Origin: Eledone cirrhosa
Taxonomy: Eukaryota
Direction of reading: 5' to 3'
Length of the DNA: 64,000 nt
Assembly: GCA_964016885.1 (NCBI GenBank)
Contig: OZ024742.1
Span: forward strand, 292,516,001 to 292,580,000
Part shown: positions 52,499 to 64,000 of the stretch, in pieces
How positions within the stretch are numbered: position 1 is the first letter of the stretch
Layout: the number at the start of each line of letters is the position of its first letter
Translations under genes and position numbers: made by a program
The notes under the pieces: model-generated
The model's database searches: none
What the model was told of the DNA's origin: nothing
The model's input: the letters and a program-made list of their open reading frames with translations, nothing else

Positions 52499-55400
52499 AC
52501 AGTTGCATTTATCTTGCTTTATGTTCATACGAGTTATCACCAAGTGACCTCAAGAGACAACAAGGTCCGCCATGTTCAAGAAAGAACATACATACTCACA
52601 CATGCATCTTTAGTGTTTAGACTTGTGATGTACTTATATTGACAGAATCTTCCTTAGTATATGGGCAGTTCCCATTAGTACTATCTTTTGTATTTCTCCT
52701 ATACGCGGGTTTCCTGGGATTTGCGATAAGTAATCATTAGAGCCCTTAGGTATCATTCCCAGAGCGCCTACAACCACTGGTATTGTTTTAGTTCTCAATT
52801 TCCACATTTTTCCAATTTCTATCTCCAGGTCCTTATACTTGCTCAATTTTTCAAATGTTTTTATAGATACATTCTTGTCTATTGGAACAGACATATCAAT
52901 CAGCAGGCATACCCTCTTTTTAAAGTCCTTCAATATTATATCAGGTCTATTTGCATCTATTTTTCGGTCTGTTTGGATGCTAAAGTTCCACAAGATTGAG
53001 ATGTGATCTTTTTCAAGTATGGGAGGTGGTTGATGCTCCCACCAATTCTTTTGATGAGGCAGGTCAAAATTCTTACACATTATCCAATGTATGTATTGTG
53101 CAGCTCTGTCATGCCTGTTTAGGTATTCGGTTGGAGCTATAGGACTGCACATTGAAATTATATGGTCAATGGTCTCTGGTTGTTTTTTGCATACACGGCA
53201 TAATGGGCTGCACCCATTTTTTATTATGTTGGCTTGGTAATTTTTTGTTGGCAGACACTGATCTTGTGCCGATATAATCAGTCCTTCAGTCTCCGATTTC
53301 AGTCCAGAGGATGCCAACCACTGATGGGTTAAAGTTTTGTCAATATCAGGATTGTTAGCTCGTTCTGGGTATTTTCCATACAGAGGCTGGCTTTCTTGCC
53401 ATTTCTTAGCCAGTTTCTGTAGCAGTTCTTTCTTTGCAGTTACTTTTACCTGCTTTGCTTTTTCTGTGTTTTCCATTTCAGCAGTAAATGGGACTTCTGA
53501 AATTTGTAGTCCATTACTGTATCTTTGTGCATCTTTTGTAATGGAATATGATCTTTTGATGCTTTCGTGTTTCAAAACGAGTTTGATCATCCAATCATGT
53601 GATTCCCTTAGATATGTAGATAATCCAATTGTTGCAGTTTTCAACGCAATGTCTAACTGGATTAACCCACGTCCTCCTTCTTTCCTAGGGAGATATATTC
53701 TATCTATATCTGCCTTAGGGTGATGCATTCTGTGCATGGTTAAGAATTTTCGAATTTTTGTATCGAGCCTACGGATCTCTGTGCTTGACCAGTTGATGAC
53801 ATTGTAACTGTAGGTTACTACTGGTATGGCAAGCGTGTTTATGGCACCGATCCTATTCCTTGCATTCAATTCCGTTCTTAAGATTGCTCTTACTCTGCGG
53901 TAACATTCCTTCCTTATCCTTTCCCTCATTGTCGAGTGCTTGATTCCGTCTCCTTCACAAACACCTAGATATTTGTAAGTTTTTTCTTGATCAAGTTCTC
54001 TTATCACGTTCCCCCGATCAAGATTAATGTCTGAACTCTTCAGCAGCTTTCCTCTGGTGAACGTTGCTTTGGCGCATTTATCTAGTCCAAACTCCATTTT
54101 AATGTCATCACTGAACTGCTTCACAGTGGATAATAGCCCTTGCAATTGTTCATCATTTTTTGCAAATAGTTTCAGGTCATCCATGTAGAACAGGTGATTA
54201 ATGGTTTTGTCATAGACTTTATATCGATGTTTTGTTTCATTGAGCATTTTACTTAATGGTATAAGTGCGATGCAGAATAAAAGCGGTGATAAAGAGTCAC
54301 CCTGAAAAATTGCACAATTAATATTAACTTCTCCAGCTTCCAGTGATTTTGTTTCACTATTCAAAAGGAGTGTCGTTTTCCATGTCTTCATACTGAATGA
54401 CAAAAACCTCCTGACAACGGGAGATATTTTGAAAATCTCTAAACATTTTTCAATCCAACTGTGTGGCAAACTATCGAATGCTTTTTTATAATCTATCCAA
54501 GCAATCGATAGATTTTTGTGTCTATTATGACAATCTTCCAGTATCATTTTGTTAACCAGAAGCTGATCCTTACAGCCATATGAGCCTCGTTTACACCCTT
54601 TCTGCTCAATGGGAAATAGGTCATTTGTTATCAGGTGGTCATATGTGTATTCAGTTAGGACTGATGTTAAAATTTTATACATTGTGGTCAAGCAAGTTAT
54701 CGGTCTGTAATTTTGGGGATTGTTTGTCTCATCATTCTTCGGAAGCAGGAATGTAATGCCGTTAACTAGCCATGATGGTATCTTTTCTGGCTCCTTAACT
54801 ATTTCATTGTAAAGTTGGGCTAACAGCTCATGAGACTCTGTGAAGGCATTTATCCAAAAGTTTTGTATTTTGTCTTTTCCTGGGGATTTCCATTTGCTGT
54901 TTTTTCTTAGAGCCAAGCGCAACTGTTCAACTGTTATATTTTCCCATGTTTGTTCCTCAGGGTGAGCTGTATCTTTCATTTGTCTGTCTATCCATGGGGC
55001 ATGTATGTTATGAACTTTTTCTTCGGCCCAGATCTTTTCCCAGAATTCTTGCACTTCCTCCTTGGGTGGTATTGATTTAGCAGTTATTGTTGACTTACCA
55101 ATTTTTCTGTAGAAGTTTCTTTGGTTGTTTTTGAACATATTATTGTCCTTATAGAATCTAGATCGTTTTTCAAAGCGCCTTATACGAGCAGCTTTGGCCG
55201 ACACTTTTTGCTTGATTATTTCTATCAGCATGTCTATGTCACATGTTGATTTTATACTGTACTTTTTTTTCAATTTTCTAAGTTTAGTTTGTTTAACATG
55301 TTCACCTACTTTATAGTTTGTTAAAATTTCTATGTCAGATCGGAGAAGGTTTATTTGGCGATTGATGTTCTCTTGCCAAGTAGATTTCTTGTGAGAATTC

Positions 55401-56450
55401 CTTTGTTTTTTCATCTTCACTCCACATAAGTGAGTGGTGACTTTAGCCGATGCATAATAGAGATGATTTAAATCAGTAATGTTTAGTTTGTTTGTGATGA
55501 TCATGTTTTTGAGAATTATGTTAGTCTTGTGTATTATCTTTTGGTTCTGTTTGGAGTTCTGGATCTTAGGGAGGGTGTCTCGTTGCCCCATGTCAGATTC
55601 TTTCATTTTCATCCATTCGATCATAATTTCATCCTTCAAGTTGGCAAGTTCATTCTCATTCATTTCTTTATCATTTACGATCTCATTATTTTCATTTGGA
55701 GTTTCATCCTGAGCATGCACTCCCTCCACTTTTTCGATCCTTTCTTTAATTTGTTCTGTTGCCAGTGATTCCGCCCCAACCCTGGGGTTCGAAGTGTTAC
55801 AGTTTACCTCGTTTTCACTGACACATGTTTCATTTTCCCTTCACTGACTTTGTGCTAATAGCTTGATCTGATCAATTTCTATATCAGTTAGTAACTTTTT
55901 TCTTACAATATTTCTTCGTATATTGGCTAGTTTGTTACTGTCAATATAGCCTCTGTTTTCGGGATGTTTCTTTTTCCAGTTGATATATGTCTGTTCTGTA
56001 TTCGATGTATTTGATGGGTAGTACATGGCAGTGTAGAAAGCCTCAAAGACTTCTTTATTATCTTCCCTTGACCATTTTTCTCTCTTTTTCTTTGGATTTC
56101 TTGGTGGTGAGCATGGAGGGCCAACAGTAGGAGTATTCCGGTTATGGGAGGTCTCCAGCTCCGAAGTGATGGGAAGGTTTGAACCATTAGCTGATTTTTC
56201 GACCCCAGTCTGGTTCCTCTCTGAGGGACGCGGCCCTTTTTTACCCGGGCGACGGCCGATCCGGTATGAGATTTTATCATTAGACATTTACTTTATTTTG
56301 TCGCGTTTTATCCTTATCTGCCAAGGAGTAATCATTTCGTGTTACCACTTCTAGAACGAGTGTCAACCAAGACTAGAGGGGTCGTTCTCCCCTAGAGACA
56401 CGGCTATTCCCCGCCGGCCGCCATCCCGGTATTTCTTGGTCACAGGGTTT
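52499..56450 (-). mobile_element. Near full-length R4/Dong-like non-LTR retrotransposon
   Basis: Single long ORF with RT and REL endonuclease; 3' end abuts (TAA)n; 5' boundary approximate. Confidence 0.9.
52634..56287 (-). CDS. R4/Dong-like polyprotein (Myb-like N-terminus, RT, CCHC, REL endonuclease) with one in-frame TGA at 55841-55843
   Basis: ORFs 55841-56287 and 52634-55729 are in frame with open codons between them; NYRPITCL, WIDYKKAFDS, IFQGDSLSP, LFYMDDLK, CRVC...ETIDHIISMC, RPDI, K..KY. Confidence 0.92.
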
Positions 56451-57405
56451 TCTTTTTGTTGTTTTTTTAAATTGTTATTATCATGAGTGGTTCCTTAATG
56501 TGAGCATTGCGTGGCTTAAGAATGAAATTATTAATAATTGTCTCCACTCCAGGCACAAGGCCAGCAATCACCCAGTGCATTACAATAATATAATATACGT
56601 TTTGTTGTAGTTGGCTGTTATTGTTGTTGGCTATGTCGGTGGTGGTGCCGGGGCTTTTTATATTGTTGGTGAGGAAGGGGTGAGCCAGCAGTCCCATAGT
56701 TGTTGATGTTGACGTTTGGCTGGTGGCCAGGTCACTAAGTCAATCTATTTATATCTTTTGCTAGCCTCTCGCTTGTCTAGTGATACCGCCACCTTCCCCT
56801 TTCTCTCTCAAGTTAACAGGGGAATAGTGGTGGTAGCATTGAAGGAGTGGTGGCGGCGACGATGGGATAGTGGTAGCAATGATGGATGGGGTGGGGTGGT
56901 GGCAGCGGTGGCGTTGTGGTTACTGATATGTAGTATCTATGAGTTTGTGTTCGTATGTTTAATATATATTTTTATTATATTTTGTGTTGACATATTCCCG
57001 TAAAATTGGAATTAAACATTTTTTTAAAATTTGAGACAATAATAATAGTAATTATTATTATGATGCTGGTGAAATTGCCGTTATCTGGCTGTTATATTTA
57101 GTGTGATGGGATAGGTGGTGTATCAAGTTTCTGGTGTTGGTGAAATTGCTGTTATTTGGCTGTTCTATATAGTGTAGACAGAGGGTGTTTTTTTCCCATT
57201 TATAACCATTTTCTTTTTTTGAATACAAAATATATAATACAAAATTGAATATTTGAGCGATACAACAATATAATATGGATCCGAAACTTTATGGGACCTG
57301 ATTCGGTCGATGGTTTATGCAACATTTGTACTAAGAATTGTTATTTCACAATTGATTTAAATATGTTAAAAATCAAAAACTTACGGGAGCGATTTCATGA
57401 CCTTC

Positions 57406-57458
<53 letters not shown>

Positions 57459-57468
57459 GGTGAATTGG

Positions 57469-57841
57469 TGGTGAATTGGCAGTATCGGTAGAAGGTCGGA
57501 CATGCTTTCCAGCATAGTTACGTCCCTTTATGATCTGAGTTCAAATCCCGCTGAGGTTAACTTTGCCTTTCATCTTTACTGGGTCAATAAAATAAAGTAC
57601 CAGTAATGTACTGGGTAATTGCTGGCCTTGTGCCAAAAGTAGAAACAATTATTATTATTGGTGGTTTGGCAGTATCGGTAGAGCATCAGACACCATGCTT
57701 TGCAGCATAGTTATGGCCCTTTACGTTCTGAGTTCAAATCCTGCCGAGGTTAACTTTGTCTTTCATCTTTATGGGGTCTATAAAATAAAGTACCAGTAAT
57801 GCACTGGCCGCGTGGCAAAAGTAGAAACATTATTATTATTA
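57469..57841 (+). mobile_element. Two head-to-tail Meta-core tRNA SINEs following an (ATT)n tract
   Basis: Two consensus matches (~57469-57659 and 57660-57841), each ending in (ATT)n. Confidence 0.9.
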
Positions 57842-58334
57842 TGATTGTCCAAAACAAATAGAATGGTTATGACTGGAACATTTGATCATCAATTTGCTGC
57901 TTCTATTCCTTCTTGCCCATTGCAATACTTAACCAAACTGATTACTTTTATGTCCCTGTTGTCTTTTCACCTCTTCTTCAACAAGCCGCCTCCTTCAACA
58001 ACCTTTTAACCTGTTGAGATTTTAGTCATTTGTTAATAACATCATTGTGGAAAGATTTCATGTATGGCATGATCAGAGTGAAATGAGAATTATTAATAGC
58101 TTTGAAGTGTGTATGTCATTTTAAATTCTAGTGAAAATAGCAATTGGGTGGAAATAATTATTAAGACAACTTGCAAACACAAACTCAACATCTGTAAGGA
58201 AAATAACAAAAAGAAATAAACTGAAATAAAATAAATTAAGAAATTTCTTCCTTCTAAGAATAAATCAATTACATCGAAGAAGAGTAAATTCAGTCATTGA
58301 AAAACACACAAAATCTGTTCACTTCAAATTTATT

Positions 58335-58425
58335 ATTTATTTCTTGGTGTCAAAATTCTCCTCACATTGCTTGTGACCTGGTCACTTATGCAATTTAATG
58401 AAAATTTTGACACTAAGAAATAAAT
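58335..58425. repeat. ~90-bp imperfect palindrome (MITE-like)
   Basis: atttatttcttggtgtcaaaatt / aattttgacactaagaaataaat with central gtgacc-t-ggtcac. Confidence 0.75.
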
Positions 58426-59439
58426 GCTAAATATATAATAAAGTTAACAATTTTTGGATGCACAGTGTAATAAGTTCAGAGTCAACACATGGGCTCAGCA
58501 GGGTTGGATTTAGACCTTGGGTGGCCTGGGACACTTCAGGTTTGGGAGGGCCCCTCATACACAAAACATTAGAATACACAGCACACACACACCCACCCCC
58601 ACCCCACCCCAATTTTACATATCAAAGTTAGCCTGGAACAAATAATTGGAACTGAAAAGTATACAGGTATAAAATTCAAAATTTCTAACCATCCTAAAAC
58701 TAAAAAGCCCAGTTGAGGGCACAAATAAAGTGCTACAGCCATTGCTAGTGGGGCTCCCACAGCAGGGGGCCAAGGCAATTGACCCCTTTAAATAACATTG
58801 AAGATTTGAAATATTTGCAAAATTCATGAGGGATTAGATAATTATTATTCATTATCAAATACTATCAGGTCCCAAATAATAGGGGTGGTGGAATAAGCAG
58901 GTGTTTGGAAAATCGATAATCTTTTCTAGGTTTTCTCCCTTGATCTTTAAAAAAAAACAGAATTAGTCATTTAGTTTACATATTGAGACTCCAACCCATC
59001 CTATTTATTTTATAACATATGGGATTTATTCTAATGTTCTTTTTTTGTCATGTATAATGTTTTTTAATGTCTAAAGAAAGTTAATTGTTACAGGAATGTT
59101 ACCACTTAAAATAAAATTTTGATGGAGATAGATTAGTAAAATCTGGGGAAGTTTGGAATAAGAGTAGTGGGTGGTGGGAAAAATCTGAAAAATTAATAAG
59201 TGGACAGGGACGATTATTCGAGACCCGAGATATGTGTAGACACTTTTTTTTTTTAATTTATCTGTCCTAATCTTTGATTTGTTCTTCATCAATAAAAGTA
59301 ATCTAAATTTAATTGCTCCCTGATTAGTTTGTACTGAGGAAACACAATCAGGTTAAAATTATAGTTGTTTGTGGATATTAGAGGAATAAATATTACAGTT
59401 GTAATATAATTAAAAGTATATTAAGCATCACTTTGTCAG

Positions 59440-60046
59440 CCGCTCTCCAGCTATCTATTTAAAGCTGTATATAGCTATGGTGCAGCCACACTTAGAATTT
59501 GCATCACCAGTCTGGAACCCCTATCTTGCTCAAAACATTGACCTGGAAACTGCTCAGAGACGTGCAACCAAGCGAATACCCTCCATCTACCATACTCTGA
59601 ATGCCTTGTTTCCCTGGGCATGGATACATTGAAGCTCCGACATCTGGCAACTGACTTGGTAAATACCAACAAAATTATTAACCATCTTGCCAACAACAAC
59701 CCTGAGCACCTTTTTGATTCCCAAATGTCTAACACACGTGGGCATGCCTACAAAGGCAGAAAACAGCACAGCTCCCATGACTTTCGGAAACATTTTTTCA
59801 CGTTCAGAGTTGCTGAAGCATGGAACAAACTACCAGCATCAGTTATTAGTTGCTGGAACACTGCATCCTTTAAAACCTCCATGCTTCCTGAAATTCACCA
59901 AACACATACACATGCACACATGTATTTCATGACTCATACACTGTTCATTTTCCTGACATTTGAACATTATTCTATGTACTTTACATGCCCTTTGATGAGT
60001 TGTAATACACCTGAGCGCTGTACACAATAATTTCATTATTATTATT
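59440..60046 (+). mobile_element. CR1-clade LINE 3' end
   Basis: V.PHLEFASPVWNPYL, QRRATKRIP, TRGHAYK, RKHFFTFRVAEAWNKLP; (ATT)n tail. Confidence 0.88.
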
Positions 60047-60129
60047 AAATAATATGGTGTATTTTATTTATTAACAATAAAATATATTTCTAGCTAGGCT
60101 TTTTTCTCTTGCAAGAAAAAACTGAACTA

Positions 60130-60600
60130 TCATCATCATTGCTGTTTTACATGTTTTCCCATGCTTGCATAGGTTGGATAGGTCCTTTCCAGCATCCTTT
60201 GTTACCTCATCTGAAAAGTTCAGTGTTTTCAGGCCAGCTCTCACCACATCTGCCCAGGTTTTCCTCAGTCATCCACTTCTGCAGCTTCCATCCACTGAGA
60301 ACTCTTAGCACTTCTTCACCAGCAATCATCATTCATATGCATCACATATGCATATCAGTTCAATATTCTTTACACACTACATCCTAAGAGGACTTATGAC
60401 TAGTTTTCCTCTCAGCCTTTTCATGCTACATTGTTCATATGCACTAATATTACACATCCACCAAAGCATTCTCACTTCATTTCTTTCAATCTTTCACATA
60501 ACCTCTACATTCACTGCCTCTGTCTCACTAGTATGTAACATCACACATCTCACTCATACATCATACAATCATCTGTTCACTCAAAGAGAAAATCCTTGTT
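60130..60600 (-). mobile_element. Old degenerate RTE 3' fragment
   Basis: Weak similarity to 22860-23235 and 27640-27920. Confidence 0.55.
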
Positions 60601-61019
60601 GCCAACCAATAATAGAAAATCATATGAAGAATTAGACAAATATTATTCTCTGATTGTGTAATGTTAATCTGATTAAATCATGGATTGAAGTTTAGATAAG
60701 CTGAGAAGAAAGCAGATAGTAATCAAAAACACCTGATTGAAATGATTAGAAAGATAGTTATGTGGTGTTTGACCATTTCTGTGAAGAGATAAATAGAATT
60801 AGTAAACAGAAATGGTGTCCACTGCTGCTGATGATATTAATAATAAATGGCAGATAGATAATATAATGGAGATACTCATTAGACTTAAAGATTACCATAT
60901 TTCTAATGAAAGACAATGCCTGTGATTTTCAAATAACTTGGAAAATAATCAAGAATTGGTAGTGATTTAGTAATATAATTTTTTTACTTGTTTCAGTCAT
61001 TACTGCAGCCATGTATGAA

Positions 61020-61710
61020 TATTTGGTCAGATGTGCTGCATCTGGGGAGAAAACCACACTCCACATTGTTTATCGGCTAGATTGGGCTCGATAATCTCCC
61101 TACATCACTTTGCCAGACACTTAGCATAGACTTTACCAGGGAGGCTTAACAAGAAGATCCTTCTATAATTGGAGCAATCTCTTTTCTCTCTCTTTTTGAA
61201 AATTGGGATTATCACTCCCAATTGGCATTGCTTAGGTGCCTTTCCAGAGATCCAGGCTACCTGGCACACATGAGTCAGCCAGAGAATACCTTATATATTG
61301 AAAGATTTTAACATCTCAGGCTGAATTCCATCCTCCCCAGAGAATTTGCTATATATGAGCTATTTAATTGCTCTTGTGACCTCAGCCTCCAAGAGATTAG
61401 TCACCACTCCCAGATGGATCTCGTGTATATCAGAAGATATTGTTATAACTAGGTTTAGGAGATCAGCAAAGTATTCTCTCCATCTATTGAGGATGCACCT
61501 CTTTGTAGATTGGAGAACCCCAGATTCATTCCTGATAGCAAGAATGAAGGAGGACTCCTTATTACAAAGTCGGTGGATGGTCTGCCAGAATACTTTATTT
61601 GTTGATCTGAAGTTGTATTCCTGCTTAACTCCAAATTCCTCACTTGTTTTAACTTTGGACACCTTTATTATCTCTGCTGTAACTTTTCACACCTGCTTGT
61701 ACTGCAAGTA
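61020..61710 (-). mobile_element. Degenerate RTE LINE fragment (linker to RT start)
   Basis: FWQTI..L, ILNRWREYFADLLN, EAEVTRAIK, PNFQK, ILLVKPPW. Confidence 0.75.
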
Positions 61711-62219
61711 CAAGATGGAGATGACTGGCAGAGTATTAGCAATGGAAAAGCTAATGAAAACATTATTTCCTTGGTCCAATCCTACAATCAGCTTATTTCC
61801 TTTTTTCTTTCTTAACAATATAATTAACATTCTCATTATTAATCTTATGTTTGGAACATAAATTAAAAGTTTTTACATAAAATAATGATGAAGTGTTTTT
61901 AAACACTTGAAAACAAAGTTTTGTATAAGAGAACCAGGGGTGGTTTTGGGTGGTTTGGGATCAAAAGGGTTAATTTAATCTAAACAAAAATAAAAGAAAA
62001 AGACTTACAAAATAACAATAAAAACAAAAGCATCTGCTAAATTTAAGAATTAGATTAAATTATATTTTCTTAATTAAGCATAAAGCCGTAAGCAAGTAGC
62101 ATAGATTGTCTTGTTGAAGAAAATATTTCTTGCTTTAGGCTACAAACTTAGGATCATTATAGCAGAAGACTTGTCTTTATTTAACCATTTCATTCCACTT
62201 CACCCAATACTTTGTAGCA

Positions 62220-62237
62220 AACTACTACTACTACTAC

Positions 62238-62275
<38 letters not shown>

Positions 62276-62313
62276 TTGCTACTACTGCTGCAAGGTAATG
62301 GTGATGGTGGTAA

Positions 62314-62355
<42 letters not shown>

Positions 62356-62434
62356 CAACAGCAGTGGTGGTGGTTGTAGTGGTGGTGGTTGTAGTAGCGG
62401 TAGTGGTAGTTGTAGTAGTAGCAGTAGTAGTGGT
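62220..62434. repeat. Compound (CTA)/(TAA)/(TAG)n microsatellites
   Basis: Directly visible. Confidence 0.95.
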
Positions 62435-62506
62435 TAGATCCTATTTTCCCCTTTCTTCTTTCTACTAAAGGGCTTCCGTGTGAATATTAAGAACAAAATA
62501 GCTTAA

Positions 62507-62727
62507 CCCTTTAGCATTTAAATCGGCCATATCCGGCCAGAACTCTCTCACCTCTTTCTGTTCAAACCAGCTGTAACTGACCACTCATAGTGATGTTAAG
62601 GTATTCTTCTCAAAATAAATGATATCAAAATCTCGTAGATTTGATATTATGTGAGATAATTATGTGAAATAAAGTGTTTACCGTAAAAATACAACAGTAT
62701 ATATAAAGTAATGTAAATGCTAAAGGG
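62507..62727. mobile_element. piggyBac-type MITE
   Basis: TTAA-ccctttagcattta...taaatgctaaaggg-TTAA. Confidence 0.92.
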
Positions 62728-62809
62728 TTAAGTTAGAGATAATCTCCATAAAGCCAGGTTACTGGTCCAATCCTGACCTGCAGAGGTCAACATTAGAAGG
62801 CAGAGATTT

Positions 62810-64000
62810 CATCATCATTACCATCACCATGATTATCATTATTATCATCATTACCATCACCAGTAGCATTATTATCATCATCATCATCATCATAATTCTC
62901 ATCATCGTTACCATCACCAGCATCAGCATTATTATCATCAGCAGTATCACATCATCATAATCATCCTCATCAATATCATCATTTTCATCATCATTATCAC
63001 CAGTATCACTACCACCACCACCACCATCACTACCACCACCACCACCACTACAACCACCACCTTCACTACCACCACCACTACAACCACCACCATCACTACC
63101 ACCGCCACCACTACAACCACCACCATCACCAACACCACAACCACAACCATAACCACTACCATCACCACCACCATCAGTGCCACAACCGCCAACATCACCA
63201 GCACCACAACCACCACCATCAGTGCCACAACCACCACCATCACCACCACCACAACCACCACCATCACTGCCACAACCACCACCATACCACCACCATCACA
63301 ACCACAACCATCACCACCACCACAACCACCACCATCACTGCCACAACCACCCCCATCACCACCACCATCACAACCACAACCATCACCACCACCACAACCA
63401 CCACCATCACTGCCACAACCACCCCCCATCACCACCACCATCACAACCACAACCATCACCACCACCACAACCACCACCATCACTGCCACAACCACCCCCA
63501 TCACCACCACCATCACAACCACAACCATCACCACCACCACAACCATCACCATCACTGCCACAACCACCCCCATCACCACCACCATCACTGCCACAACCAC
63601 CACCATCACCACCACCACAACCACCACCATCACTGCCACAACCACAACCATAACCACCACCATCACCACCACCACAACTACCATCATCACCACCCCCATC
63701 ACTACCATAAGCACAACCATAACCACCACCATCACCATCATCACCACCACAACCACCAACATCACCACCACAACCACCACCATCACCACCACCATCATCA
63801 CCTCAACCACAATCACCACCATCACCACCACAACCACCACCATAACCACAATCACCACCATCATCACCACCACCACCCCACAATCACCACCACCATCACT
63901 CACCATCATCACCACTGCAACCATAACCACCGCCATCACCACTATCACCACCGCAACCACAACCACCACCATCACCACCACAACCACAATCACCATCACC
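62810..64000. repeat. Compound (CAT/CAC)n minisatellite running off the window end
   Basis: Directly visible, with higher-order units such as ccatcactgccacaaccacc. Confidence 0.95.

Noticed and set aside
62947-63999. 350-aa Val/Met-rich and 158-aa Pro/His-rich ORFs
   Set aside because: Trinucleotide-repeat artefacts.

Overview
AT-rich, repeat-saturated animal genomic DNA (intergenic or intronic). The tRNA-derived Meta-core and CORE-like SINEs with RTE-type tails and the dense (AT)n/(CAT)n/(ATT)n tracts suggest an octopod cephalopod; this is inference. No host protein-coding gene could be supported, and most ORF-track entries are microsatellite artefacts. Real coding content is retrotransposon-derived: a near-complete L1/Tx1-like LINE (46621-52497, +) tail-to-tail with a near-intact R4/Dong-like element (52499-~56450, -; one in-frame TGA), a rearranged Naiad-type Penelope-like element (36877-40870), and RTE, CR1, CRE-like and Vingi-like fragments. 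DNA elements include piggyBac-type and Tc1/mariner MITEs and a non-autonomous Helitron. The most striking signal is about ten hammerhead-ribozyme-like motifs from at least five sequence families. All lie in inserts within or beside (AT)n tracts, and several sit in asymmetric fold-back insertions of 0.1-4 kb in which one arm carries an extra 80-90 nt tail. One family has a non-canonical UUGACAA core, and a structured 165-bp tandem unit shows the same fold-back geometry. Coordinates were read by eye and are approximate to a few bases for degenerate repeats.
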